64,000 nt of DNA from Flavobacteriales bacterium (GTDB lineage: Bacteria; Bacteroidota; Bacteroidia; NS11-12g; UBA9320): contig JACJZU010000001.1 of the NCBI GenBank assembly GCA_020635435.1, forward strand, positions 720,999 through 784,998. Direction: 5' to 3'. The stretch's first letter is position 1; every line of letters starts with the position of its first letter. The translations under genes and the position numbers were made by a program. The notes under the pieces were generated by a model. The model saw nothing but the letters and a program-made list of their open reading frames with translations, was not told where the DNA came from and did no database searches. Shown here in pieces: positions 1 through 9,370 of this stretch.

Positions 1-216
1 GGCAGCATACACGAATTTGTTGAAGTTCACTACTTCAACCTTGACCATTTTATTTCTACCAACAACGGGCTGACTGATCTCCACGTCGTCCTTTTCCGGT
101 ACAACGCGGTAGAATCTCACATCGTCCTTGTTGAAATCGTAAACGATCCGAAGTGATTGTGCCTTGGCCTGCACGAGACCAAATGCCAATAAAAGAAGAA
201 AGCCCTTGCGTATCAT
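1..216 (-). CDS. hypothetical secreted protein, partial (N-terminal 72 codons; remainder lies outside the window)
   Basis: Absent from the ORF track because it runs off the window edge. Reverse-strand ATG at 216..214 opens a frame that stays open to nt 1: MIRKGFLLLLAFGLVQAKAQSLRIVYDFNKDDVRFYRVVPEKDD... The N-terminus looks like a Sec signal peptide. No family recognised. Confidence 0.4.
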   Translation of the reverse strand, partial: MIRKGFLLLLAFGLVQAKAQSLRIVYDFNKDDVRFYRVVPEKDDVEISQPVVGRNKMVKVEVVNFNKFVYAA

Positions 217-305
217 AGTGTTAATCTTTTCGCAAGTTATACCCTTCTCTATCAATTTGTAAACGGAAACCTAAAAAAGAAGCCGAGCGTATGGGTGAAT
301 TTTGG

Positions 306-1448
306 CTATTCTTCAACGATGTTGAAGCGGACCGAGAAAACGTGGGAATAGAGTACATCGCTCTGATTTCCCACGTCTGTAAGCGCATAATCCAGCGCAA
401 AACGCGGCATGGTCAACCCAACACCAAAATTCGGTTGCCAGGTCCACTCGTTTTTACCTGAGAAACTCTCTACTTGCTGGAAGTTGCCCGCCCCCAGTCT
501 TAAGAAGATCAGTTTCGCATAGTTGGCCTCCAGTCCAAGGTGCGGATCGATACTGAATAAACCGGATCGCAAAAGTGTATTTCTTTTTCCGTCGGTTGTT
601 ACATCCATGTTCAATTCCGGATACAATCCGATTTTCTCACTCAGTTCAAAGTACCGTCCAGCTCCCAGGAGAAGCTTTGGGAGTGTGAGTTCGAGGGAAT
701 TCTCGGGAATTGCATTTCCTGTTTGCGCAAAAACTTCCTTTTCACTTTGCGTGAAATTGTAACTCCATGCATTGAAGGTAGATGTAATGTCGCGACCTAC
801 GGCTGCAAACCGCCAACCGGAAGCATTTATGTAACTGGCAGACACATCTACGCCGAAACCCCATGCCGTTGCAAATTCTCCAGCTTTTCGGTGAATGACC
901 TTGGCATTACCACCTAAGCTCAAGCCCTCGATTGCTGTTTTTCGGGCGTAACTGAATAAAAATGCGTAATCGACCGCAGAAAATTCGCGGATGCGGTCGT
1001 AGTCGATCTGCCCATTATTGATCAGATCCAGGGTATTTGGGATTCCGTCGATTCCTAGCCTCACGAACGAAACCGAGGCTGCCTGATCACCGGACATTCG
1101 AAAACCCAGTGCGCCGTAATCATAATTTCCTATACCTCCGAAATAGTTATTGTGCATATACGCCAGCTGCGCCTTGTCCTTCATATGGACCAATGCAGAT
1201 GGATTCCAAAAGCCGGCACTTACATCATCAACTCCGGCCAGAATGGAATTCGACATACCGGCAGCCCGGGCACTTACCCCAATGCCCAGGAACTCGTTCG
1301 AATATTTCGGTGCCGTTTGGGCAGATGCATGTAGATACATCACCACTAAGAACCAGACTGCAGGCCATCTAAACCTGTTCCCGGAGAGCGGATTGCAGAT
1401 CGGGAATGATCGGTCTGAGATGGGACTCAATTTCTTCGGATACTTCAA
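306..1448 (-). CDS. PorV/PorQ-family outer-membrane beta-barrel protein (T9SS-associated family)
   Basis: 380-aa ORF. The block SARAAGMSNSILAGVDDVSAGFWNPSAL resembles the conserved N-terminal motif (ARAxGMG...D..A.FWNPA.L) of Bacteroidota PorV/PorQ-type barrels. Beta-strand-like alternating pattern throughout. The start is TTG and overlaps the upstream gene by 80 nt, so the true start is uncertain. Confidence 0.55.
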   Translation of the reverse strand: MKYPKKLSPISDRSFPICNPLSGNRFRWPAVWFLVVMYLHASAQTAPKYSNEFLGIGVSARAAGMSNSILAGVDDVSAGFWNPSALVHMKDKAQLAYMHNNYFGGIGNYDYGALGFRMSGDQAASVSFVRLGIDGIPNTLDLINNGQIDYDRIREFSAVDYAFLFSYARKTAIEGLSLGGNAKVIHRKAGEFATAWGFGVDVSASYINASGWRFAAVGRDITSTFNAWSYNFTQSEKEVFAQTGNAIPENSLELTLPKLLLGAGRYFELSEKIGLYPELNMDVTTDGKRNTLLRSGLFSIDPHLGLEANYAKLIFLRLGAGNFQQVESFSGKNEWTWQPNFGVGLTMPRFALDYALTDVGNQSDVLYSHVFSVRFNIVEE

Positions 1449-2028
1449 GTAAAAACGCTTTTTGATATTCAGTAAACGGTTGAAGCCTCATTTTCTTACC
1501 AATCTGGCCCAACGCGTATACAATGTTAGTGAAATGCATGTATTTGGTGAGATATCTGACTTCCATGAACCTGTCAAATCCAAGCTGAAAGTCGTGGAAA
1601 TTGTTGATTTCGTGGTTTTGCAGGAATAGACGAACCGCAGTCAGGTCGATCTGCTCAAAATCGGTGTACAGTTTATCTGCCAGACCCGGTTGTTCATTGA
1701 GCAATATCTTGTCCAGTACCAGCTCTGAAAGTATGTGAGCGTGAAAAAAATATCTTGGGAAAGGCTCGGGGCAAGTTTTCAGCCGATCATTACACAATTC
1801 CATGGATTCGGTGAAACCTGACCAGTTGTGAAAAATGCGATCTGAATCCTTGTGCTGAACGCATCCCTTGTAGATCCCGTCCACTGCGACATGGTCAGAT
1901 GCGATGAGATCTGCAGGCAAGCGTCCACCCCGAATGAAATTCCTCACGAGATCCGGCATGAGAAGCCCGAAATTGAAATGTGGCCTCCCGATTCGGGCGT
2001 CGAAATAATAGTGTGCCAGAAAATTCAT
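1369..2028 (-). CDS. acyl carrier protein phosphodiesterase (AcpH)-like protein
   Basis: 219-aa ORF beginning MNFLAHYYF. E. coli AcpH begins MNFLAHLHLA. Size and His-rich helices fit that family. Confidence 0.5.
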   Translation of the reverse strand: MNFLAHYYFDARIGRPHFNFGLLMPDLVRNFIRGGRLPADLIASDHVAVDGIYKGCVQHKDSDRIFHNWSGFTESMELCNDRLKTCPEPFPRYFFHAHILSELVLDKILLNEQPGLADKLYTDFEQIDLTAVRLFLQNHEINNFHDFQLGFDRFMEVRYLTKYMHFTNIVYALGQIGKKMRLQPFTEYQKAFLLEVSEEIESHLRPIIPDLQSALREQV

Positions 2029-2132
2029 TGTGCTCTTCTCGGGTTGGAAATAATCATATGTATCGTAAGGAACAATTCTTGAGTCATTTTGTGCTACACC
2101 ATAAAGAATTCTAAATTTACCGACCCAAACCT

Positions 2133-2672
2133 ATGAAAATCTACACAGCACTTCTCCTGGTCCTTTTCGCCGGCACTGTTTTCGCCCAAGACAATCCATT
2201 TGAGACAAACGATGAAGGCAAAGCCTACTACAGCGATGTTACCACAGTATCAGGAGCTTCGGCCGATGTTCTGTTCACACGTTCGGTCGAGTGGCTCAAC
2301 GAACATTTCACGAATCCAACAGGCGTACTCCAGTTAAAGGACGAGGAAAACAAGACAATCGAAGGAAAATCCAGATTTCGACTGAACACGCTGGATAAGA
2401 AGGGAAATCAACTCACCGGAGGCGGGTTTGTTGCCTATCAGTTCCGAATCCTTTGCAAAGACGGACGTTACAAATATGAGATCGACCGGATACGATGGGA
2501 AAAACCCTCCTACTACGACGTAACCCAATGGTTGGATAAATCGCAAGTAGGTTACGACGAGGCCATCTATAATTTCTACATTCAACAGACCATAGAGCAT
2601 GTTGAAGCTCTCATTGATTCCATGAATGAATACATGCAGCATGGAAAAGAGGTCAAAAAAGACGAATGGTAG
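2133..2672 (+). CDS. small secreted protein (possibly DUF4468-like)
   Basis: 179-aa ORF with signal peptide MKIYTALLLVLFAGTVFAQ. The family assignment is from memory only and is tentative. Confidence 0.4.
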   Translation: MKIYTALLLVLFAGTVFAQDNPFETNDEGKAYYSDVTTVSGASADVLFTRSVEWLNEHFTNPTGVLQLKDEENKTIEGKSRFRLNTLDKKGNQLTGGGFVAYQFRILCKDGRYKYEIDRIRWEKPSYYDVTQWLDKSQVGYDEAIYNFYIQQTIEHVEALIDSMNEYMQHGKEVKKDEW

Positions 2673-2755
2673 ATCTGGACGCTCCATTCCTCAAAACAGC
2701 TCGGCACAGAAAAAAAACCGAACCGCAAACTGAACTCCGGGTAAACGGTTGTAGT

Positions 2756-2773
2756 ATTGATCGTGCGATCAAT
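2756..2773. promoter_or_regulatory. perfect 18-bp palindrome ATTGATCG-TG-CGATCAAT, ending 2 nt before the VWA gene ATG
   Basis: Read directly from the sequence. The 8-bp arms are exact reverse complements. It could be an operator or a structure covering the translation-initiation region. Confidence 0.25.
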
Positions 2774-2775
2774 CA

Positions 2776-3870
2776 ATGAGCAGTATTCTATTTTCCCGAT
2801 ACTTAGGAGCATCCCACAACGAAGGACCCTTTGAGCGTTTATTGCGCCTTTTTCAGGAATTGCTTCTTTACAATAGTGGAGATGTGGCTGAGGCACTGGA
2901 CTGGATGAATCAGTTGGATCGTGAATACGATCTTACGGATGACAACTACGGAATGGGCGACTTCATTGAGGACCTCAAAAGAAGAGGATACATAAAGGAA
3001 TCCGGCGCAAATGGACGATTCACCATAAGTTCAAAAATGGAACAGGTGATCCGGAAGTCTGCTCTGGAGGAGATTTTCGGGAAATTGCGCAGATCCGGCC
3101 CCGGCGAACATCATACGGATTTCACAGGCAAGGGGGATGAGTCTCTTCCCGAACTGAAACCCTATGAATTTGGCGACAGCACCGACCGGATCGCTCTTAC
3201 AGAGAGCATGCGAAATGCACAGATGCGATGGGGAATCGACGATTCCTTCTGGGTAAATGATGATCTGGTAGTGCAGGAAAGCAGCAGCAAAATGTCGACC
3301 GCTACTGTGCTCATGATCGATATAAGCCATTCCATGATCTTGTATGGAGAAGACCGGATTACGCCGGCAAAAAAGGTGGCATTAGCCCTGGCTGAATTCA
3401 TTCGAAGCAGATATCCCAAGGACACATTGGACATTTTGGTGTTTGGGAATGATGCCTGGCAGATCTCTTTGAAAGAGCTGCCTTATCTGGAGGTTGGACC
3501 CTTTCACACAAATACCGTGGCGGGACTACAGCTCGCCCAAGATCTGTTGCGTAAAAAACGCAACCACAACAAACAAATATTCATGATCACCGACGGGAAA
3601 CCAAGTTGCCTGAAGGAATTGGGTGGCTATTACAAGAACAGCTTTGGCCTCGACCGAAAGATCGTGAACAAAACATTGAATGAAGCTATTAAATGCCGCA
3701 GGAATCACATTCAGGTTACAACCTTCATGCTCGCAACGGACCCGTATCTCAAGCAATTTATCCATGAATTCACCGACAGCTGTAAGGGCAAAGCTTTTTA
3801 CAGCGGACTTGACAAGCTCGGTTCATTTGTGATTCATGATTATACTAGGAATAAACGAAAAAACAGATAA
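2776..3870 (+). CDS. VWA domain-containing protein (CoxE/COG4867-like)
   Basis: 364-aa ORF. MIDAS motif DxSxS appears as VLMIDISHSM, followed later by IFMITDGKPS. Lies 10 nt upstream of an AAA+ gene. Confidence 0.7.
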   Translation: MSSILFSRYLGASHNEGPFERLLRLFQELLLYNSGDVAEALDWMNQLDREYDLTDDNYGMGDFIEDLKRRGYIKESGANGRFTISSKMEQVIRKSALEEIFGKLRRSGPGEHHTDFTGKGDESLPELKPYEFGDSTDRIALTESMRNAQMRWGIDDSFWVNDDLVVQESSSKMSTATVLMIDISHSMILYGEDRITPAKKVALALAEFIRSRYPKDTLDILVFGNDAWQISLKELPYLEVGPFHTNTVAGLQLAQDLLRKKRNHNKQIFMITDGKPSCLKELGGYYKNSFGLDRKIVNKTLNEAIKCRRNHIQVTTFMLATDPYLKQFIHEFTDSCKGKAFYSGLDKLGSFVIHDYTRNKRKNR

Positions 3871-3880
3871 CACTTAGGGC

Positions 3881-5374
3881 ATGATACGCATCACCAAGGA
3901 AAACAAAGATCAATTCAATACACTGGGCGAATTGCGGCGAAGTGGGTACAAATCGCGCAGTGTGAAAGAAGAATTGAGGGAAAACCTGATACAAAAGCTA
4001 CAGGGAAAGGAAGTGATTTTCAAGGGGGTTATGGGCTACGATGACACCGTGATCCCGGATCTTCAAAGGGCGATCCTGAGTCGGCATAACATCAACTTAC
4101 TCGGGCTTCGCGGTCAAGCCAAAACACGCATAGCACGGGCGATGGTCGAGTTGCTGGATGACTATATTCCGGTGATAGCGGGTTCTGAATTGAACGAGGA
4201 CCCATTTCATCCGATCACGGGCCGTAGCAAAGCATTGATAGAGAACATGGGCGACAAAACGCCGATAAGCTGGTTGAGTCGGAATGAGCGCTATATCGAG
4301 AAACTCGCCACCCCTGATGTAAGTGTGGCCGACCTGATCGGAGACATAGATCCCATCAAAGCGGTTAACGAAAAACTCGCTTACAACGATGAGCGGGTCA
4401 TTCATTTCGGTTTGGTTCCCCGGGCAAACCGCGGCATTTTCGTCCTGAATGAGATACCGGATCTGCAGGCACGGATTCAGGTGAGTTTGTTCAATATTCT
4501 TCAGGAAAAGGACATTCAGATCCGAGGTTTCAGCTTTCGGATTCCCCTCGACATCCAATTCGTCTTTACGGCAAATCCTGAAGATTATACGAATCGGGGG
4601 AGTATTGTAACACCGCTGAAAGACCGCATCGGCAGTCAGATCCTCACCCATTATCCTAAAAATCTCCAGGTCGCTATGGAGATCACGAGGCAGGAGGCAA
4701 ATCTCAATTCAGAGCAATTGAAAACCGTAGAAGTACACCCTCTGCTGGCTGAATTGATCGAACAAGTTGTATTTGAAGCCCGCGACAATGAATTCGTAGA
4801 CGCCAAAAGTGGGGTTAGCGCACGGCTGAGTATTTCTGCATACGAGAATCTCGTGAGTGCTGCGGAGCGGAGAACTCTACTTGCCGGAGACAAAAAGACC
4901 CTTGCACGTGTAACCGATCTGTATGGAATGATACCTGCCATAACCGGCAAGATCGAAATGGTTTACGAAGGCGAATTGGAAGGACCTTATCAGGTTGCCC
5001 TGTCGTTGATCGGAAAGGCCATTCGCAATCGCTTCAGTCATTATTTTGGAGATCCGGAAAAGCTGGGCCGAAAGGAGAATGACCCCTTTAGTCGTATCGT
5101 AAACTGGTTTGAGAAAGGAAATACGGTCAATCTCCCCCTTACAGCGCGTGACAGCCTGTATGCACGAGAATTGAACCGGGTTTCCGGATTGGGAGAATTG
5201 GTCACCGATCACATTGAAGACAGTGGTAAGATGGATCGATACCTGTGGATGGAATTTGTGCTCTACGGCTTGGCCGAATACTCACGACTGAGCAAGATAC
5301 ATTCCGATCAATCCGCTCAGTTTGGGGATCTGGTGGGCAGTATGCTCGGTAGTTTCAGCGACGACCCTTTGTAG
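3881..5374 (+). CDS. BchI/ChlI-MoxR-like AAA+ ATPase (often auto-annotated as Mg-chelatase-like or sigma-54-interaction-domain protein)
   Basis: 497-aa ORF. P-loop-like LLGLRGQAKTR, Walker-B-like GIFVLNEIPDL and a sensor region FVFTANPEDY. Collinear by eye with the BchI-type AAA+ core, followed by a long helical C-terminal region. Confidence 0.65.
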   Translation: MIRITKENKDQFNTLGELRRSGYKSRSVKEELRENLIQKLQGKEVIFKGVMGYDDTVIPDLQRAILSRHNINLLGLRGQAKTRIARAMVELLDDYIPVIAGSELNEDPFHPITGRSKALIENMGDKTPISWLSRNERYIEKLATPDVSVADLIGDIDPIKAVNEKLAYNDERVIHFGLVPRANRGIFVLNEIPDLQARIQVSLFNILQEKDIQIRGFSFRIPLDIQFVFTANPEDYTNRGSIVTPLKDRIGSQILTHYPKNLQVAMEITRQEANLNSEQLKTVEVHPLLAELIEQVVFEARDNEFVDAKSGVSARLSISAYENLVSAAERRTLLAGDKKTLARVTDLYGMIPAITGKIEMVYEGELEGPYQVALSLIGKAIRNRFSHYFGDPEKLGRKENDPFSRIVNWFEKGNTVNLPLTARDSLYARELNRVSGLGELVTDHIEDSGKMDRYLWMEFVLYGLAEYSRLSKIHSDQSAQFGDLVGSMLGSFSDDPL

Positions 5375-5388
5375 AGAGGACATGGGCC

Positions 5389-5733
5389 TCAATCCAGGCT
5401 GAGTTCCTTTTGCGGGTCCCAAAAAACCGCGTCGAAATTCACGATCTGGTCATTTCGGACAGATATACCTTCCGACTCGAGCATGATCTGCATGTGCTCT
5501 GGGGGATGAAAGTGTGCCTTCCCACTGAGCAAGCCGATTCGATTTACAACGCGATGAGCCGGTACGGGAGGCTGAACCGAATGACTCGCGTTCATGGCCC
5601 ATCCCACCATTCGAGCCGAGCGAGCGGTTCCGAGGTAGCGCGCAATAGCACCGTAACTCGTCACCCTGCCCGGTGGAATAAGTCGAACAACGTCATAAAC
5701 CATGTCAAAAAAGACAGAACCGCCGTTTTCCAT
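5389..5733 (-). CDS. alkyltransferase-like (ATL) protein: MGMT DNA-binding domain lacking the acceptor Cys
   Basis: 114-aa ORF. RVTSYGAIARYLG...ARMVGWAM...VPAHRVVN matches the O6-alkylguanine-DNA alkyltransferase C-terminal domain, but the PCHRV active site reads VPAHRVV (Cys to Ala). Confidence 0.75.
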   Translation of the reverse strand: MENGGSVFFDMVYDVVRLIPPGRVTSYGAIARYLGTARSARMVGWAMNASHSVQPPVPAHRVVNRIGLLSGKAHFHPPEHMQIMLESEGISVRNDQIVNFDAVFWDPQKELSLD

Positions 5734-5800
5734 CGAACAAATTTACCTGGTACAAACTTTGTTGTATGAATACGCACTTCGGGCCGAAACAAACATCCCG

Positions 5801-5808
5801 TATTTTTG
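5801..5808 (+). promoter_or_regulatory. candidate Bacteroidota -7 promoter box TATTTTTG (TAnnTTTG)
   Basis: Exact match to TAnnTTTG, 28 nt upstream of ATG 5837. No clear -33 TTG. Confidence 0.3.
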
Positions 5809-5836
5809 TCAACCTATAAATTAAACGCATCGACCT

Positions 5837-7264
5837 ATGTTTCGATCAATAATCGCAATTTTAGCTATCTCCGGAATTTTTTCATCCGCCCGTGCTCAAG
5901 GACATCGCATCGAATTCAATATTCGGGGACTGAATTCAGGTGAGTGTATTTTGGCACATTATTATGCCGACCAAAACCGGATCGTAGACACGGCTGTAGT
6001 AGATCGCAACGGTAAAGTTGTATTCAGCGGCAAAGAACCTCTGCTTAATGGGATCTATCTGTTGGTTTTACCCAACAGAAGCTATGTAGAGTTGGTGATC
6101 CCCAAAGACGATCAGGACTTTGTCATTTCCACGGACACCAGCTTGTCCATTCTTGATAAAAAAGTTCAGGGTTCACTGGAGAACAGCATTTTCCTGGAAT
6201 TCGATCAATTCGCCTATTCTAAAAGCAAGGAAATGCGTGAACTCAAGGCCAAAATGGACAAGGTCGACAGTCAGCTGGAAAAGGATGAATTTGAAAAAAA
6301 GAAGAAGGCAATTGACGAAGCGGTACAGAAAAAACGCGAAGAGATCATTGAGCGATATCCAAAAAGTTTTGTAGCTACCGTGTTCCGGGCAGGTTTGGAA
6401 ATACCATTTCCCGACGAGATCAAGGACGATACAACCGGAAAACGATTTGAGTATTACCGCGCCCATTATTGGGATAATATTGATCTGAGTGAAGACGGGC
6501 TCATCCGAACTCCGATCTTCCATCGCAAACTGGAGTATTACTTCACTAAGATGTTCATTCAGCTTGCAGATAGCTTATTACCGGTAATTGACGACCTGGC
6601 GGGCAAACTCGAAAAGAACGGAGCTAATGAACTGTTCAAATACACGGTTTGGTGGACCACAAAACACTATGAAGATGCCAAGATCATGTGCATGGACCGT
6701 ATGCTCTACCACATGGCCAAGAATTACTATTGTGCCGGAAGGTGTTTTTGGGCGGATTCAGCATTGGTTGCCAAAATGTGCGAACATGCCGGAAAGATCG
6801 GGCCTACGCTCTGTAATGAGATCGCACCGGATATGACCCTCGTGGATACCAGCCTTTATGTGGAATACACGCTGTCCAAAGTCCAGTATCCGGTTACTAT
6901 CGTTGTATTCTGGGATCCTGAGTGCGGACATTGTAAAAAAGAGATCCCGAAATTGAAAGAAATGTACGACACCATGAACGCTCAGGGAGTTCAGGTTTAT
7001 GCCGTGTACACACAAGGAGACTGGAAGGGCTGGAAGAATTACGTGCGCGATCACAAGTTGAACTGGATCAATGTGATGGATGCCTATAACAAGAGTAATT
7101 TCCGCAAGAATTATAATATCATCAGCACACCTCAGGTGTTCATCCTCGACGAGGATAAGCGTATTCGTTTCAAGAATGCCCCTGCCGAGAATATTCCGGA
7201 CATCTGCAATTTGCTGCTGGATGAATACAAGGAGAAGCGCAAACCCAAGTTAGGGGATCAATAG
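5837..7264 (+). CDS. thioredoxin-fold thiol:disulfide oxidoreductase (TlpA/ResA-like) with a large N-terminal domain
   Basis: 475-aa ORF with a signal peptide (..FSSARAQ). The C-terminal Trx fold carries a CGHC motif (VVFWDPECGHCKKEIPKLKEMY). Confidence 0.65.
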   Translation: MFRSIIAILAISGIFSSARAQGHRIEFNIRGLNSGECILAHYYADQNRIVDTAVVDRNGKVVFSGKEPLLNGIYLLVLPNRSYVELVIPKDDQDFVISTDTSLSILDKKVQGSLENSIFLEFDQFAYSKSKEMRELKAKMDKVDSQLEKDEFEKKKKAIDEAVQKKREEIIERYPKSFVATVFRAGLEIPFPDEIKDDTTGKRFEYYRAHYWDNIDLSEDGLIRTPIFHRKLEYYFTKMFIQLADSLLPVIDDLAGKLEKNGANELFKYTVWWTTKHYEDAKIMCMDRMLYHMAKNYYCAGRCFWADSALVAKMCEHAGKIGPTLCNEIAPDMTLVDTSLYVEYTLSKVQYPVTIVVFWDPECGHCKKEIPKLKEMYDTMNAQGVQVYAVYTQGDWKGWKNYVRDHKLNWINVMDAYNKSNFRKNYNIISTPQVFILDEDKRIRFKNAPAENIPDICNLLLDEYKEKRKPKLGDQ

Positions 7265-7938
7265 GAAGGAAATTCCTTTCCGGTCAATTTTTCATAGAGT
7301 ACAACCGGGAAAAATGCGATCCCAAAGTGGTAATTGGGTCCGGTATAGAGGTTTAGAACTTTCCCGGAAGGTACAACACGGATTCCCAATCCTCCTGAAA
7401 GTCCGATCCAGTCAAGGTAGTACCAGGTGGCCTGTAAACCCAGATCGCATACCGGTGCGAACTGTCCTTGCTTTCTGATCGGTTCATCCGGTTTCTTCAG
7501 GTCGGAATCACTTATTGTACTGTATCCAATACCAAGACCTGTTGGAACCGAAACTTTCCACTGTTCATTTCGCGCAATGATCAGAAGTACCTCTCCGTTC
7601 ACGAAAGCCAGACTGTATTTGCGCAGTGTTGAATCGCGTTTCCCCGGTTGACCAGACACTCTCAATTCCTCAGGTGCACCAACGAGATGATTGAAGCCCA
7701 CGGACCATTGCATGATGTTTCCGTATTGTTGACCGATCGAATAGCGGTTGTACCGAACGGGGGAACCAACAGCAACTGCCCGTAAACGTTGAATACCTCC
7801 GACCAAATTAGGTTTTTCCTGTTCGAGATTTCCGAGGTCGGGAAAGCGAAATTCGAGTTGCGCAAAACTGCACAGATTCAATCCTCCCAGAAAACCTGCC
7901 AACAGAAGCCTTTTGGATATTTTTGCAATGGGTCGCAA
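7258..7938 (-). CDS. hypothetical outer-membrane/secreted protein (possible small beta-barrel)
   Basis: 226-aa ORF with a TTG start and a signal peptide (..GGLNLCSFAQ). Gly/aromatic-rich alternating pattern. No family recognised. Confidence 0.4.
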   Translation of the reverse strand: MRPIAKISKRLLLAGFLGGLNLCSFAQLEFRFPDLGNLEQEKPNLVGGIQRLRAVAVGSPVRYNRYSIGQQYGNIMQWSVGFNHLVGAPEELRVSGQPGKRDSTLRKYSLAFVNGEVLLIIARNEQWKVSVPTGLGIGYSTISDSDLKKPDEPIRKQGQFAPVCDLGLQATWYYLDWIGLSGGLGIRVVPSGKVLNLYTGPNYHFGIAFFPVVLYEKLTGKEFPSY

Positions 7939-7943
7939 AGCAC

Positions 7944-9359
7944 GTGTTATTTAATTCCGTAGCCTTTCTGTGTTTCTTGCCGATCGTATTGATCGGTTAC
8001 TATGTGTTACCTGCACGGCACAGGTGGTTGTGGTTGCTGTTGGCATCTTATGTTTTTTACGCCTGGTGGAAAATTGAGTACTTACCGCTGATCCTGTTGA
8101 GTACGCTTGTGGATTACACACTAGCCATCCGCTTAGTTCGAACAAAAACGCGATGGAAAAGGAGATCATTGCTATCTCTATCACTCCTTATAAACCTTGG
8201 TTTGTTGGCAATATTCAAATATTTGATCCTCTTTCTCCCGGACAAAGATCCGATGTTACTCACAATTTACAGGGTCGATCATCCATTACTGGGCATACTG
8301 GCCTATGGGATCTATTTCGCCATTCCGGTTGGCATTTCATTCTACACATTCCAAACGCTGAGCTATACGCTCGATGTATATCACGGTAGAGTAAGTCCCG
8401 AATACAATCTGGGTAAATTTGCACTCTTCGTATCGTTCTTCCCGCAGTTGGTTGCGGGACCCATTGAACGTTTTTCGCACCTTATGCCACAACTTCGGAG
8501 TGCCGTGGCATTTCGCTATGCAAATTTTTCCCGGGCATTTCGACTTATGCTCTTCGGGTTCTTTCTGAAGATCTGTATAGCTGACAACTTCTCTGGTTTG
8601 GTAGATGCTGTTTACGCCGATCCACGAAATTTTGACCTGTTCTCGAGATGGTTGGCCACATTGGGCTTTTCCTTTCAGATCTACACTGATTTTGCAGGCT
8701 ATACACTCGTAGCACAGGGAGCGGCACTCTGTTTGGGAGTGGAGCTGATGGATAATTTCCGGACACCCTATTTGAGCACAAGCATCTCCGAATTCTGGAA
8801 GCGTTGGCACATATCACTTTCAACCTGGTTCAGGGATTATTTGTACTTGCCCCTTGGAGGAAACCGTGTTTCTAGGTTGAGGTGGGTGGTAAATATTCTG
8901 CTCGTATTCGCAATTAGCGGGTTTTGGCATGGTGCCAATTGGACCTTTCTCATTTGGGGTTGCATACATGGAGGACTCTACTTATTGGAAAGGTTTGTTT
9001 GGGGAAAGCCGGGTGCTGAGGCGGGGCCTATTGTCCGATTCGCTCATGGATTGAGAACTTTCGTATTGGTGCAGGTAGCCTGGGTTTTCTTTCGAGCCGA
9101 TACAACCCCGCACGCTATGGAACATTTGCACCTATTGTTTGCGTCTCCCGGTCCTGAGCAGCTCGCAGTGAAAGGGGTTTGGATCGTTCTGTTCGCCGCA
9201 TTTGTGCTCAGCGAACTCTGGTTGTACAGGTCCCGTTTCGATCGGGCGGTGGCTGATTGGCATCCGCTTGTTCGCTGGAGCCTTTATGCCTTTTTGCTTT
9301 ACGCTATAACGGCACTGGGTGGTGTTGCTAACCATCCGTTCATTTATTTTCAATTCTGA
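7944..9359 (+). CDS. MBOAT family O-acyltransferase (AlgI/DltB-like)
   Basis: The ORF track gives 7923..9359. I trimmed it to GTG 7944 so the N-terminus reads (M)LFNSVAFLCFLPIV, the canonical MBOAT start, which also removes the overlap with the divergent gene. Multi-TM protein with the catalytic His context SGFWHGANWTF. Confidence 0.8.
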   Translation: MLFNSVAFLCFLPIVLIGYYVLPARHRWLWLLLASYVFYAWWKIEYLPLILLSTLVDYTLAIRLVRTKTRWKRRSLLSLSLLINLGLLAIFKYLILFLPDKDPMLLTIYRVDHPLLGILAYGIYFAIPVGISFYTFQTLSYTLDVYHGRVSPEYNLGKFALFVSFFPQLVAGPIERFSHLMPQLRSAVAFRYANFSRAFRLMLFGFFLKICIADNFSGLVDAVYADPRNFDLFSRWLATLGFSFQIYTDFAGYTLVAQGAALCLGVELMDNFRTPYLSTSISEFWKRWHISLSTWFRDYLYLPLGGNRVSRLRWVVNILLVFAISGFWHGANWTFLIWGCIHGGLYLLERFVWGKPGAEAGPIVRFAHGLRTFVLVQVAWVFFRADTTPHAMEHLHLLFASPGPEQLAVKGVWIVLFAAFVLSELWLYRSRFDRAVADWHPLVRWSLYAFLLYAITALGGVANHPFIYFQF

Positions 9360-9370
9360 CCGGAAGAGAT

